DNA from: Haloferax volcanii DS2
Lineage (GTDB): Archaea; Halobacteriota; Halobacteria; Halobacteriales; Haloferacaceae
Reading direction: 5' to 3'
DNA: 32,000 nt
NCBI RefSeq assembly: GCF_000025685.1
Contig: NC_013967.1
Location: 2,490,001-2,522,000, forward strand
Shown: piece after piece, positions 16,025 through 23,895 of the stretch
Layout: each line of letters opens with the position of its first letter
Numbering within the stretch: the first letter of the stretch is position 1
Notes under the pieces: generated by a model
What the model saw: the letters and a program-made list of their open reading frames with translations, nothing else
What the model was told of the DNA's origin: nothing
Database searches by the model: none
Position numbers and translations under genes: made by a program

Positions 16025-17383
16025 TCAGGCCGCGGTCGGTCGCCCGACCGTCTCGCGGACGAACTTCCCGAGCAGGCCGAGCGTCGCCGCTCCCATCGCC
16101 GCGGCGAAGACGACGACGAAGACGGAAAGCGGGTCGCCGAGGTCGGAAAGCGCCCGCGAGCGGACGAAGTTCGCGGCGAGAACCGTCGTGACCGCGAACA
16201 GGACGACGCCGCCGAGGTTCGCCGGCGTCGAGTTCGGCTCCGAGACCGCGTCGCCGTTGAGTAAGACGAGCACGACGGCGATGGCGAACGGCGTGCCGAC
16301 GAGGCCGAACGCCAGCACCAACACGAGAAGCGGGAAAAAGGCCCCGCCGAGGAACGCGCCGACGCCGGAGAACAGCGCCACGCCGGCGAGGAGCGCGCGG
16401 TAGCGGCCGTCCGAGAGGTCCGTCCCCCAGCCGAGTTTGTCGGCGACGAGGAACGGCGGGACGACGGTGTTGCCGCCGAGCGTGGAGACGGCCGCGCCCA
16501 AGAGGCCGAGCAGGAACAGCCACTTGGCGTTCGCGCCCGCAATCGGGCCGAGCGCCTGCGCGGCCGCCACCGCCGTGAGGTCGCCCGCGGCCACCTCGGG
16601 GCTGTGGAGGACGCTCGCGGCGACGAGGAAGATGGCGAGGCTGTAAACGCCGAAGGCGACGAGCATCGACGCGCCCACGTCGAACGTCGCCAGCCCGTAG
16701 TCGCGGGTCGTCCAGCCGCGGGCGCGCATCGTGTACGAGTGCATCGTGATGAGCGTGATGTGGACCGCGCCGCCGAGGATGCCGGCGGCGACGAGCGCGC
16801 CGTCGACGCCGGACGGGATGCGCGGGACGAGCCCGCCGGCCGCGGCCGCCGGGTCGATGGGAACCAACACCAGCGACGCGAGAAACGCGACGACGACGGC
16901 CGCCACGAGTCCCTTCGCGAGGAGTTCGACGAAGCGGTAGCCGCGCCCGGCGAGGCCGGCGGCGAGGACGACCGCCCACACGACGCCCCAGACGCGGGCG
17001 TCGACGCCGGTTATCGTCGCGCTCACGTTCGCGAGGCCCTGCATGATGACCAACTGGGCCAGCCCCGCGGCCAGCACCGCGTCGGCGACGAGCGCCCACG
17101 CCCAGCCGTCGCCCAACTCGCGTTCCACGACCGAGACGATGCCGTCCTCCGTGAGCAGGCCGAGCCGCATCGAGAGATACTGCGCCGACGCCCCGAGCAC
17201 CGCCGAGAGCACGACGACCCACAGCATCGCGTAGCCGAACGTCGCGCCCGCGGTGAGCACGGTCGCCATCGTCGCCGGCCCCGCCGCCACGGCGCCGGCG
17301 ACCCACGACGGCCCCATCTCCGAGAGATATCCCCGCCAATTGCCGCCCGTTACCGCCGATACGTCGAGTCTTGGTTCGTTCAT
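16025..17383 (-). CDS. Nramp-fold (MntH-like) transporter with a non-canonical metal site
   Basis: 452 aa. It aligns without gaps, by eye, to the MntH TM1 and TM6 regions (GP...GPAT...FGYAMLW and AAGILGGAVHITLITMHS). See the findings for the substituted ligands. Confidence 0.85.
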   Translation of the reverse strand: MNEPRLDVSAVTGGNWRGYLSEMGPSWVAGAVAAGPATMATVLTAGATFGYAMLWVVVLSAVLGASAQYLSMRLGLLTEDGIVSVVERELGDGWAWALVADAVLAAGLAQLVIMQGLANVSATITGVDARVWGVVWAVVLAAGLAGRGYRFVELLAKGLVAAVVVAFLASLVLVPIDPAAAAGGLVPRIPSGVDGALVAAGILGGAVHITLITMHSYTMRARGWTTRDYGLATFDVGASMLVAFGVYSLAIFLVAASVLHSPEVAAGDLTAVAAAQALGPIAGANAKWLFLLGLLGAAVSTLGGNTVVPPFLVADKLGWGTDLSDGRYRALLAGVALFSGVGAFLGGAFFPLLVLVLAFGLVGTPFAIAVVLVLLNGDAVSEPNSTPANLGGVVLFAVTTVLAANFVRSRALSDLGDPLSVFVVVFAAAMGAATLGLLGKFVRETVGRPTAA

Positions 17384-17450
17384 GCCGTCGTGGTCTCGGC
17401 GGTCGTCACAAAAGTGTTGCTACTGGGTGTTACAACCGAGTAATTCCCCG

Positions 17451-17474
17451 CGTCGCGGGAGGTGGCACGCGACG
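17451..17474. promoter_or_regulatory. Inverted repeat cgtcgcg-N10-cgcgacg abutting the kinase TATA box
   Basis: The 7-bp arms end 1 bp before 'ttttat'. The element lies in the 122-bp divergent Nramp/kinase spacer. Confidence 0.3.
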
Positions 17475-17480
17475 TTTTAT
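17475..17480 (+). promoter_or_regulatory. TATA box for the histidine kinase gene
   Basis: 'ttttat' lies 26 bp upstream of the ATG at 17506. Confidence 0.5.
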
Positions 17481-17505
17481 CCGACGTTCGCGACAACCAT
17501 AGGTA

Positions 17506-19395
17506 ATGAACGATGGTGTCGGCACAATGAGACTCCTCGTCGCCGCTGACTCGGGCGTCGCGGCGGCGGTCACCGAGGCCGTCCGTCGGCGGCTACCACG
17601 GGTCGACATCGAGGAGGTTCGAACCGCGGCTGCGGGGCTGACACTGCTCGACGACGCCGATGCCGACGCCGGTTTCGACTGCGTCGTCTCGGCGGACGAC
17701 GTGGGAGCGACCGACGCGCTCGAGTTCCTCGCCGCGGTTCGGAAGCGAGACGCCGCGCTGCCGTTTCTCGTCGTCGCCGGCGGGGACTGCGAGGTGACGG
17801 CGAGCGACGCCCTCGACGCCGGCGTCACCGACTACGTCCGGGTCCGAGGGCCGGAGAGGTACGACGAGGTGGCCGCCCGAGTCGAGCGGACGGTCGCGGC
17901 GTCCGGCCGGCGACCGGTCGACCCGTCGCTCGTCTACGAACGCGTCTTCGAACAGATACTCGAGGGGGCGTGCCTGTACGACCGCGATGGGCGGTTCATA
18001 CTCGTGAGCGACTTGCTCGCCGGACTCTACGGGGCGACGCCCGCCGAACTCGAAGGCGAGCGGAGCCGCCTCGTCGAGACGATTCGCGAGGAACGCCCGG
18101 GCGACCCGTATCAGCGACTCTTGGACGGCGAGACAGACTCCCTCGAAGGGGAGACCGAACTCGTCACGCCGGACGGCGAATCGCGGATACTGAGCTATCG
18201 CTTCGCGCCGCTTCGGATGGCCGGTGAGGTCGTCGGCGTCATCGGCGTATCGAGGGACGTCACCGAACGACAGGAGCGAGAGCAGAAACTGAAGCGCGCC
18301 CGCGAGGAGTACCAGGAGCTCATCGACGGGATGAACGACACCGTCTGGGTCATCGACATCGACAGCCACATCCTCGCGGTGAACGAGACCGCGGTGGAGC
18401 TGCTGGGCTACTCGCGGGACGAACTCCTCTCGATGACGGTCCACGACATCGACGCGGGACTCAGCGACGACGAGGCGTCGGCACTCGTTACCCAGATGCC
18501 GACCGACGGGACGCAGGTGTTCGAAACGGTCCACCGGGCGAAAGACGGTCGAGAGATACCCGTCGAAATCAGTTCGAGCCTCGTGACCTACCGGGGGGAG
18601 ACGGTCGTGTTGAGCGTCGCCCGGGACATCACGACGCGGAAGCGCTACGAAGCGGAGCTCCGCGAACAGAATCGCCTCCTCGAAACGCAGCGCGACGAGC
18701 TCGGGGTCCTGAATCAGGTCGTCCGCCACGACGTTCGCAACGACCTGCAGTTAGTGACCGCCTACGCGGAACTGCTCGCTGAGTACGTCGACGACGGCGA
18801 CGCGCGGGAGTACGTCGAAATCGTCCGGAGGCGCGCGAACCACGCGGTCGAACTGACGAAGACGGCCCGCGACATGGCCGAGATGATGAGCACCCGAGGG
18901 GTCGAGACCAAGCCGGTTCCCCTCCGGGAGGTGCTGGACGCGGAGATCGCGTCGGTCCGCGACATGGCACCGGACGCGAACGTGGCGGTCGACGGCGAGG
19001 TGCCCCCGGTCACGGTGCTCGCCGACGACATGCTCGGCTCCGTCTTCCGAAATCTCCTGATGAACGCCATCCAGCACACCGACGAAGACGAGCCGACTGT
19101 CGACGTGTCCGTCACGCACGCCGAGCGCGAAGACCGCGTCGTCGTCCGCGTCGCCGACGACGGCCGCGGCGTCCCGGACGAGCGGAAAGACGCCATCTTC
19201 GCCAAGGACGAAAAGGGGCTGGAGAGTCGGGGGACCGGACTCGGACTGTACCTCGTGCAGTCGCTCGTCGAGAAGTACGGCGGCGACGTGTGGGTCGAGG
19301 ACAACGACCCCAGCGGCTCCGTCTTCGCGGTCGAACTCCGACTCGTCGACGGCGGTCAGTCCGACTCGGACCAGTCGTCCCCGACGCGGTCGTAA
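17506..19395 (+). CDS. Sensor histidine kinase: receiver-like domain, two PAS domains, HisKA-like H-box and HATPase
   Basis: 629 aa. It shows a receiver-like N-terminus, PAS cores, the H-box LNQVVRHDVRNDL, the N-box FRNLLMNAIQHT, G1 VADDGRGVP and G2 GTGLGLYLV. A TATA 'ttttat' lies 26 bp upstream of the ATG. Confidence 0.9.
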   Translation: MNDGVGTMRLLVAADSGVAAAVTEAVRRRLPRVDIEEVRTAAAGLTLLDDADADAGFDCVVSADDVGATDALEFLAAVRKRDAALPFLVVAGGDCEVTASDALDAGVTDYVRVRGPERYDEVAARVERTVAASGRRPVDPSLVYERVFEQILEGACLYDRDGRFILVSDLLAGLYGATPAELEGERSRLVETIREERPGDPYQRLLDGETDSLEGETELVTPDGESRILSYRFAPLRMAGEVVGVIGVSRDVTERQEREQKLKRAREEYQELIDGMNDTVWVIDIDSHILAVNETAVELLGYSRDELLSMTVHDIDAGLSDDEASALVTQMPTDGTQVFETVHRAKDGREIPVEISSSLVTYRGETVVLSVARDITTRKRYEAELREQNRLLETQRDELGVLNQVVRHDVRNDLQLVTAYAELLAEYVDDGDAREYVEIVRRRANHAVELTKTARDMAEMMSTRGVETKPVPLREVLDAEIASVRDMAPDANVAVDGEVPPVTVLADDMLGSVFRNLLMNAIQHTDEDEPTVDVSVTHAEREDRVVVRVADDGRGVPDERKDAIFAKDEKGLESRGTGLGLYLVQSLVEKYGGDVWVEDNDPSGSVFAVELRLVDGGQSDSDQSSPTRS

Positions 19396-19727
19396 CCCAT
19401 CATCTGGCTCCCCTCGTGTTCGGTGAAGACGACCTTCTGGTTCGACTCCGGCACGCCGAACCGCTCGGTGACGGCCTCGATGACCGCGAGGGCGAGGTCG
19501 CGCTTCCGGTCCGCCGTCCGGCCCGCCCGGATGTCGGCCTGCAAGACGACGGTCTTGTCTCCGGTCGCCCGGCCGAGGTGAATCGCCCGGGCCTCGCGGA
19601 CGCTGACGGCGGCGTAGTCGGTGTCGGCGTCCATCCGTTCGGCGTACAACTCGGCCATCTCGGTCGCGAACTGGTCCGCCTCGCGCGCCGTGACCTCGAA
19701 GTCGAGGTCGAATTGGAGATGCGGCAT
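19356..19727 (-). CDS. Tautomerase-superfamily protein (4-OT/MIF-like, N-terminal Pro1)
   Basis: 123 aa starting MPHLQFDLDF. After Met removal the N-terminus is Pro1, and the beta-alpha-beta-like pattern is repeated. The family call is tentative. Confidence 0.7.
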   Translation of the reverse strand: MPHLQFDLDFEVTAREADQFATEMAELYAERMDADTDYAAVSVREARAIHLGRATGDKTVVLQADIRAGRTADRKRDLALAVIEAVTERFGVPESNQKVVFTEHEGSQMMGYDRVGDDWSESD

Positions 19728-19803
19728 CTGCGTGTGCGTCCGATACGCCCGCGGCGCAAAAGAACCCCCGTGAGAGGCGTCGAGACGTGCGGCGAGTCGC
19801 GGC

Positions 19804-20940
19804 TTACAGGTCCGCCACGTCTTCGATGGCGTCGGTCAGCGCCTTGATGGACTCCACGTCGTGTTCGCCCATGTGGCCGATGCGGAACGTCTTCTCCCCG
19901 AGCGCGGAGCCGTAACCGTTCGAGAACGCCATGTCGTACTCCTCGTTGACCTCCTCGATAGTGGCGGCGACGTCGATGCCCTGCGTGTTCTCGATGCAGG
20001 CGACGGTCTGGGACTCGTAGCCCTCCTCGGGGAACATGTCGAAGTGCTCGTAGGCCCACTCGCGGGTGTACTCGGCCATCTCGCGGTGGCGCTTGTCGCG
20101 GCCCTCGTGGCCCTCTTCGAGCATGTGTTTCATCTGCTTGCGGTACGCGAGCATGATGGGAATCGCGGGCGTCGAGTGGGTCTGGCCCTTGCGGTCGTAG
20201 TAGTCGAGGGCGCGCTGGAAACCGCCGTACCACGACGCGGAGTCCTTCGACAGTTCGCGCTCGTAGGCCTCGTCGCTGACGGTGCAGATGGCCAGCCCCG
20301 GGGGCATGGCGAACGCCTTCTGCGACGAGGCGAAGATGACGTCGATGTTGTGCTCGTCGATGTCGACGTAGTCGCCGCCGAGGGCTGACACCGCGTCGAC
20401 GACCAAGTAGGTGTCGGGGTACTCGGCGACCACGTCACCGATTTCCTCGATGGGGTTGCGGACGCCGGTCGAACTCTCGTTCATCACGGTGGCGACCACG
20501 TCGTACTGCTTGTCGCTGGATTCCAGCGCCTCGCGGATGTCCTCGGGCTTGATGGCCTGCCCCCACTCGTACTCGATGCGGTCGACGTTCTTGCCGAGGC
20601 GCTCCGCGACGTTGGCGTGGCGCTCGCTGAAGCTCCCGCAGGTCGGCACGAGGATGTTCTCGTCGACGAGGTTGAGCGTCGAGGACTCCCAGATTTCGGT
20701 GCCCGACCCCGTGAGAATCATCACGTCGTTGTCCGTGCCGAGGAACTCCTTCGTGTCCTCGACGATGGTCGTATAGAGGTCGGTCATGCGGTCCATGCGG
20801 TGGCCGAACATCGGCTGGCACATCTCCGCGATGACGTCCTCGCGCACCTCGGTCGGACCGGGGATGTACAGCGTCTTGTCCTGATAGTCGTCCGTGTATT
20901 CGCGTTTTTCCGTCACGTCATCCACCTGAATACGGGTCAC
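19804..20940 (-). CDS. Class V PLP-dependent aminotransferase (serine/alanine-glyoxylate aminotransferase family)
   Basis: 378 aa with a GTG start. Motifs present are LYIPGPTEV, LVVDAVSALGG and the PLP-lysine motif FASSQKAF. Confidence 0.9.
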   Translation of the reverse strand: MTRIQVDDVTEKREYTDDYQDKTLYIPGPTEVREDVIAEMCQPMFGHRMDRMTDLYTTIVEDTKEFLGTDNDVMILTGSGTEIWESSTLNLVDENILVPTCGSFSERHANVAERLGKNVDRIEYEWGQAIKPEDIREALESSDKQYDVVATVMNESSTGVRNPIEEIGDVVAEYPDTYLVVDAVSALGGDYVDIDEHNIDVIFASSQKAFAMPPGLAICTVSDEAYERELSKDSASWYGGFQRALDYYDRKGQTHSTPAIPIMLAYRKQMKHMLEEGHEGRDKRHREMAEYTREWAYEHFDMFPEEGYESQTVACIENTQGIDVAATIEEVNEEYDMAFSNGYGSALGEKTFRIGHMGEHDVESIKALTDAIEDVADL

Positions 20941-20970
20941 TGCGTCGTGGGCGATGATGGTACTTGTGAT

Positions 20971-20986
20971 TGCGACACTCGTCGCA
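20971..20986. promoter_or_regulatory. Palindrome tgcgac-actc-gtcgca upstream of the class V aminotransferase
   Basis: Perfect 6-4-6 inverted repeat 31-46 bp upstream of the GTG at 20940 (minus-strand gene). A second perfect 10-bp palindrome, gtgttaacac, lies at 20999-21008. Confidence 0.3.
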
Positions 20987-21078
20987 GTTGCTCAGGCAGT
21001 GTTAACACGGGACAATACGGGCCGGCAGACGACGGATGGACGGGTGGAGAACCCCCGCGGAGCGCGGCGGGTCCGCGC

Positions 21079-22068
21079 TCAGTCGTCGGCTTCGGCCGAC
21101 TCGGCCCGCGGGACCGTCACGTCGGTCAGGCCGGCTTCTATCTGCTCGCGCCGACCTTCGAACTCGCCGGGGAGGACGAGGCGGCCGCCGAGGTCGTCGA
21201 GGGGTTCGTCGGCGGTGTAGCCCGGGTCGCTCGTGGCGAGTTCGAACAGGACGCCGCCGAACTCGCGGAAGTAGACCGACCGGAACCAGTGGCGGTTGAT
21301 TTGGGCGGTCGGGCGCAGGCCCTTCGACTGGACGGCCTTGCGCATCGCCTCTTGGTCCTCGTCGGTCGGCGTCTGGAAGGCGACGTGGTGGACCGTGCCG
21401 AGGCCCTGTCGGCCGCTCTCGATGGTCGGCAGCACGTCCACGTACTTCCCGACGCTCCCGGTCGCGGCGAACCGCGTCCGCTCGTCGCCGGGGGTGTCGC
21501 CCTGCGCCTCCTCGGTGCCGACGCGCTCGAAGCCCATCGTTTCGAGGAGGTCTTCGGTGGGCTGGGGGTCGGCCAGCCAGAGCGTCACGGAGTGGAAGCC
21601 GCGAATCGCAACGTCTTCTGGGACGAACTCGGTCCACGGGACGGTCGGGTCGTCGTCGGGAACCTCGACTTCGACCAGTTCGACCGGGAGACCGTCGGGG
21701 TCGCTGAAGGGGAGGACCGTTTCACCGAATCGCTCGACTCGGTCGTCGTAGTCGACGCCGTACTCGTCGAATCGGTCCTCCCAGTAGTCGAGGCTCCCCT
21801 CGGGCACGCGGAACGCGGTCCGAGAGACCTGCCCGGTGCCGACCTTCCCGCGCGAGAGGTTCTCCCACGGGAAGAACGTCATGCTCGTGCCGGGCGTTCC
21901 CGCCGCGTCCGTGAAGAAGAAGTGGTACGTGCTGGGGTCGTCCTGATTGATGGAGCGCTTGGCGAGGCGGAGTCCGAGCGTCTCGACCCAGAAGTCGAGG
22001 TTCTCCTGCGGGTCGCCCGCGATGCAGGTGACGTGGTGGATGCCGGGTGTCGGCGTGGGTTCTGCCAT
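21079..22068 (-). CDS. Ring-cleaving extradiol dioxygenase of the VOC/glyoxalase family (MhqO/YfiE-like)
   Basis: I trimmed the ORF to MAEPTPTPGIHHVTCIAGDPQENLDFWVETLGLRLAKRSINQDDPSTYHFFF..., a very typical N-terminus for the Mhq family. The second-domain ligands are GTVHHVAF and LFELAT. The product is 329 aa. Confidence 0.85.
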   Translation of the reverse strand: MAEPTPTPGIHHVTCIAGDPQENLDFWVETLGLRLAKRSINQDDPSTYHFFFTDAAGTPGTSMTFFPWENLSRGKVGTGQVSRTAFRVPEGSLDYWEDRFDEYGVDYDDRVERFGETVLPFSDPDGLPVELVEVEVPDDDPTVPWTEFVPEDVAIRGFHSVTLWLADPQPTEDLLETMGFERVGTEEAQGDTPGDERTRFAATGSVGKYVDVLPTIESGRQGLGTVHHVAFQTPTDEDQEAMRKAVQSKGLRPTAQINRHWFRSVYFREFGGVLFELATSDPGYTADEPLDDLGGRLVLPGEFEGRREQIEAGLTDVTVPRAESAEADD

Positions 22069-22212
22069 AGGCGGTCCTACGGGCCGCAAGGACTTGAGTA
22101 TCCGCTGACGCGAGTGTTACCGGGTCGCGGCGGCGTCATCGCCGCTCGCACGGACCCGGCAGTCGAATCGGTGAGACACACGTTTTTGACCATCGACGGT
22201 GACGTTCGACGT

Positions 22213-23097
22213 ATGCAGACACGCGCACTCGGCGACACCGGCCACGAGAGTACCATCGCGACGTTCGGCGCTATCGCGCTCAACTGGCTCGAACAGGAGG
22301 GCGCGAACCAGATGGTCGAACACGTCCTCTCGAAGGGCGTCAACCACTTCGACGTGGCCCCGACCTACGGCGACGCGGAGCTCAAACTGGGGCCGAAGCT
22401 CCGCCAGCACCGCGAGGACATCTTCCTCGGCTGTAAGACCCAAGAGCGGAGCTACGAGGGCGCGAAACGGAAACTCGACCGCTCGTTCGACCGCCTCGGC
22501 GTCGACTACATCGACCTCTATCAGGTCCACGGCCTCGAATACGAGTCCGAACTGGACGAAATCACCGCCGACGACGGCGCGCTCGCGGCCTTCCGCGAGG
22601 CGAAAGACGAGGGGAAAATCGGCCACATCGGCCTGACGAGCCACGGGAATCCCGGACTCATCCGCGATGCCATCGACCGCATCGACGGCCTCGAAACCCT
22701 GATGTTCCCGCTGAACCCCGTCGTCGTCGGCAAGGGCGACGACGAACACGACTACGAGGGCGTCTTCGAGGCGGCCGAAGAGGCCGGCATCGGCACGCTC
22801 GGCATCAAGGCGTTCGCCCGCGGCCCGTGGCCCGACACCGACGAACTGCCCGAGGCCGACCGACCGTTCCCCAACTGGTACGAGCCGGTCGACACCCCGA
22901 ACGAAATCGCGGAGCGGTTCGACTTCGCGGCCGCGCAGGGCCTCACGAGCGTCGTCACGCCGGGCGACCCGAAGCTCGTTGCGATGGTTCTCGACGCCGC
23001 GACGCGGTACAACGGCATGGACGAGACGGCCCAGCGGTCGCTCGTCGAGCGCCTCCGCCACGACGAGAGCCCGGTGCCGGAGCAACTGCACCACTAA
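22213..23097 (+). CDS. Aldo/keto reductase family oxidoreductase
   Basis: This is the real 3' part of the 826-aa track ORF, starting at the ATG at 22213 (MQTRALGDTGHE...). Motifs present are HFDVAPTYGDAE, LGCKT and DLYQVHGL. The product is 294 aa. Confidence 0.85.
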   Translation: MQTRALGDTGHESTIATFGAIALNWLEQEGANQMVEHVLSKGVNHFDVAPTYGDAELKLGPKLRQHREDIFLGCKTQERSYEGAKRKLDRSFDRLGVDYIDLYQVHGLEYESELDEITADDGALAAFREAKDEGKIGHIGLTSHGNPGLIRDAIDRIDGLETLMFPLNPVVVGKGDDEHDYEGVFEAAEEAGIGTLGIKAFARGPWPDTDELPEADRPFPNWYEPVDTPNEIAERFDFAAAQGLTSVVTPGDPKLVAMVLDAATRYNGMDETAQRSLVERLRHDESPVPEQLHH

Positions 23098-23138
23098 CGA
23101 GGCGAGACGACTCCCGCCTCGGATTCCACCCGCCGCCA

Positions 23139-23888
23139 ATGGACGTTCCAACGACCGTCACGGCCGCCCTCGACGACCGGCCGGTCCGGGGCGCGGTCTG
23201 TCTGGAGGCCGGCGCGGGGACCGGCAACGCCACCGCCGGACTCCTCGACGCGGGCGCAAAACAGGTCTACGCCGTCACCAACGACCCCGAGCACGCGACA
23301 ATCGTCCGCGACCGGGTGGCCCCGTCGCCGACGGACCGAGCGAGGACCGCAGTGCTGGAGGCGGATGTTCGAAGCCTCCCGCTCGCAGACGATTCGGTCG
23401 GTATCGTCACTGCTCACGGGCTGTTCAACCTCGTCGGTCCAGCGTCGGTCGCCGCCGTCGCGCGCGAGCTGACGCGGGTCGCCGCGCCCGGCTGTCACCT
23501 CGTCGTCGACGACTACGAACCGCTCCCCGACGACGCCGCGATTCGGGAGCTGTTCGCGCTCGAAAACGCGGCGAGCCAGTTGGCCCGCGGGCGACCCGCG
23601 CTGACGTTCTATCCGGCCGACGCGCTCGGGGCGCTGTTCTCGGGATACGGCTGGCGCTTCGACCGCGAACTGACCCTGCTCGACCCGGTCCCGTGGTCCG
23701 CGAGTCACGTCGAGGCGCATGCGTCGGTGGCGACATCGTTCGCGGCCGACGTTCCCGACCCGATGGGCGGGTGGCTCGCGGACGAGGCCGAGCGCGTCGC
23801 CGACGCGGTCGAATCGGAGTCCGCGGGCGAGATGTACAGCGTGGCGATGCGGCTGTCCGACTCGGTGGCGGCGGACGCTCCCGAATAG
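23139..23888 (+). CDS. Class I SAM-dependent methyltransferase
   Basis: The ATG at 23139 gives MDVPTTV... Motif I is CLEAGAGTGNATAGLL, and the acidic residue after beta2 is in YAVTNDPE. The product is 249 aa. Confidence 0.75.
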   Translation: MDVPTTVTAALDDRPVRGAVCLEAGAGTGNATAGLLDAGAKQVYAVTNDPEHATIVRDRVAPSPTDRARTAVLEADVRSLPLADDSVGIVTAHGLFNLVGPASVAAVARELTRVAAPGCHLVVDDYEPLPDDAAIRELFALENAASQLARGRPALTFYPADALGALFSGYGWRFDRELTLLDPVPWSASHVEAHASVATSFAADVPDPMGGWLADEAERVADAVESESAGEMYSVAMRLSDSVAADAPE

Positions 23889-23895
23889 GCGGCCG

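Noticed and set aside
16020-17443. 439-aa minus-strand and 279-aa plus-strand ORFs overlapping the Nramp-like gene
   Set aside because: These are alternate-frame and antisense readings with extreme Arg/Gly/Pro content. The 452-aa frame has the transporter helices and conserved segments.
20617-22212. First 532 codons of the 826-aa plus-strand ORF
   Set aside because: This part is antisense to the aminotransferase and the dioxygenase. The aldo/keto reductase homology begins at the ATG at 22213.
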